From Lachnospiraceae bacterium (lineage in GTDB: Bacteria > Bacillota > Clostridia > Lachnospirales > Lachnospiraceae): DNA of 64,000 nt. Shown here one piece after another: positions 63,505-64,000 of this stretch; within the stretch, counting starts at the first letter, position 1, and every line of letters starts with the position of its first letter. The notes below the pieces were generated by a model, which did no database searches, was not told the DNA's origin, and saw only the letters and a program-made list of their open reading frames with translations. The position numbers were made by a program, and so were the translations under genes. The stretch is taken from assembly GCA_015057825.1 (NCBI GenBank), contig SVDN01000002.1:16044-80043 (forward strand). The letters are read 5' to 3'.

Positions 63505-64000
63505 TGACTACAAAAGAAAGATATGATTCAGCCAAAGAACTCTATAAAGAAATCGGTGTGGATACCGATAAAGCAATCGAAAGCCTTAAAAACTACAAAA
63601 TTTCCATGCATTGTTGGCAAGGTGATGATGTAATGGGCTTTGACAACGACGGCCCTTTAACAGGCGGCATCCAAACAACGGGTAATTATCCGGGACGTGC
63701 AAGAACACCGGAAGAACTAATGGCGGATATTGATAAGGTATTATCATTGGTAGCCGGAAAACACAAAATTAACCTCCATGCTTGCTATGCAATTTTTGAA
63801 GACGGCAATCGTGCGGACAGGGACGCCATCAAACCGGAACATTTCAAAAAATGGGTGGAATTTGCAAAGGAAAGGGGTCTTGGTCTTGACTTTAATCCAA
63901 CATTCTTTTCACATAAAATGGTAAAAGACAATCTCACTCTTTCATCACCGGATGAGGAAGTGCGCAAATTCTGGATCAGACACGGACAGGCCTGCATAAA
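63505..64000 (+). CDS. rhaA: L-rhamnose isomerase, 3' end outside window
   Basis: MTTKERYDSAKELYKEIGVD...ISMHCWQGDDVMGFD matches the RhaA N-terminus. ORF is open to the window edge, so absent from the ORF track. Confidence 0.85.

Overview
AT-rich Firmicutes (Clostridia-like) chromosome from the origin-proximal neighbourhood. Left flank: yidC (partial), jag, mnmE, mnmG, rsmG, two perfect parS sites, parA-parB, a DUF4446-like gene, an HD-GYP protein, serS and tRNA-Arg(CCT). Right flank: an AI-2E transporter, trmB, a PBP5-type carboxypeptidase and an araC-rhaB-rhaA (partial) rhamnose locus. Between them (13002-57463, about 44.5 kb) lies an integrative conjugative element (ICE) inserted into the 3' end of tRNA-Lys(CTT) and bounded by 52-bp direct repeats. 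ICE maintenance and regulation genes: tyrosine integrase, AAA_14/DUF4143-type ATPase plus a degenerate Doc/Fic protein, an XRE repressor with a divergent-promoter switch, two Xis-like genes, ParM/ParR-like genes, a tRNA-like structured element, a DUF3991/Toprim gene and a RepA_N initiator with internal iterons. ICE transfer genes: MobC, a MobA/VirD2-type relaxase, and a Gram-positive T4SS (PcfB-like, VirD4, VirB2/Maff2-like, VirB6-like, PrgI, VirB4, NlpC/P60+M23 hydrolase). A second Tad/VirB11-type ATPase + platform + small pilin-like gene set is also present. ICE cargo: an orphan DPPH methyltransferase, a Fic + HipA-like pair, Phd-VapC, surface adhesins, SSB, a second HipA-like kinase, ArdC and an NT5C-type nucleotidase. 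A membrane-anchored phage-tail-collar-like gene is duplicated, and its second copy has replaced the core of a VbhA/Fic module. The most unusual signals are non-coding. (i) A 745-bp ORF-free array holds 27 copies of the palindrome TGTATATACA in two blocks, flanking a hairpin-rich core directly after the relaxase gene. (ii) Six copies of a conserved promoter module (A-tract + TTGTCGCGCGCGCA at a fixed 32-bp distance from a -10 hexamer) head the relaxase gene, the T4SS, adhesin/Tad and ArdC gene blocks, the 29026 gene and an ORF-less unit. (iii) An ORF-less promoter-hairpin-terminator unit is a candidate sRNA or oriT. (iv) A 29-codon type I toxin-like ORF carries 5'/3' fold-back repeats. All functional calls come from motif recognition by eye; no database search or folding program was run.
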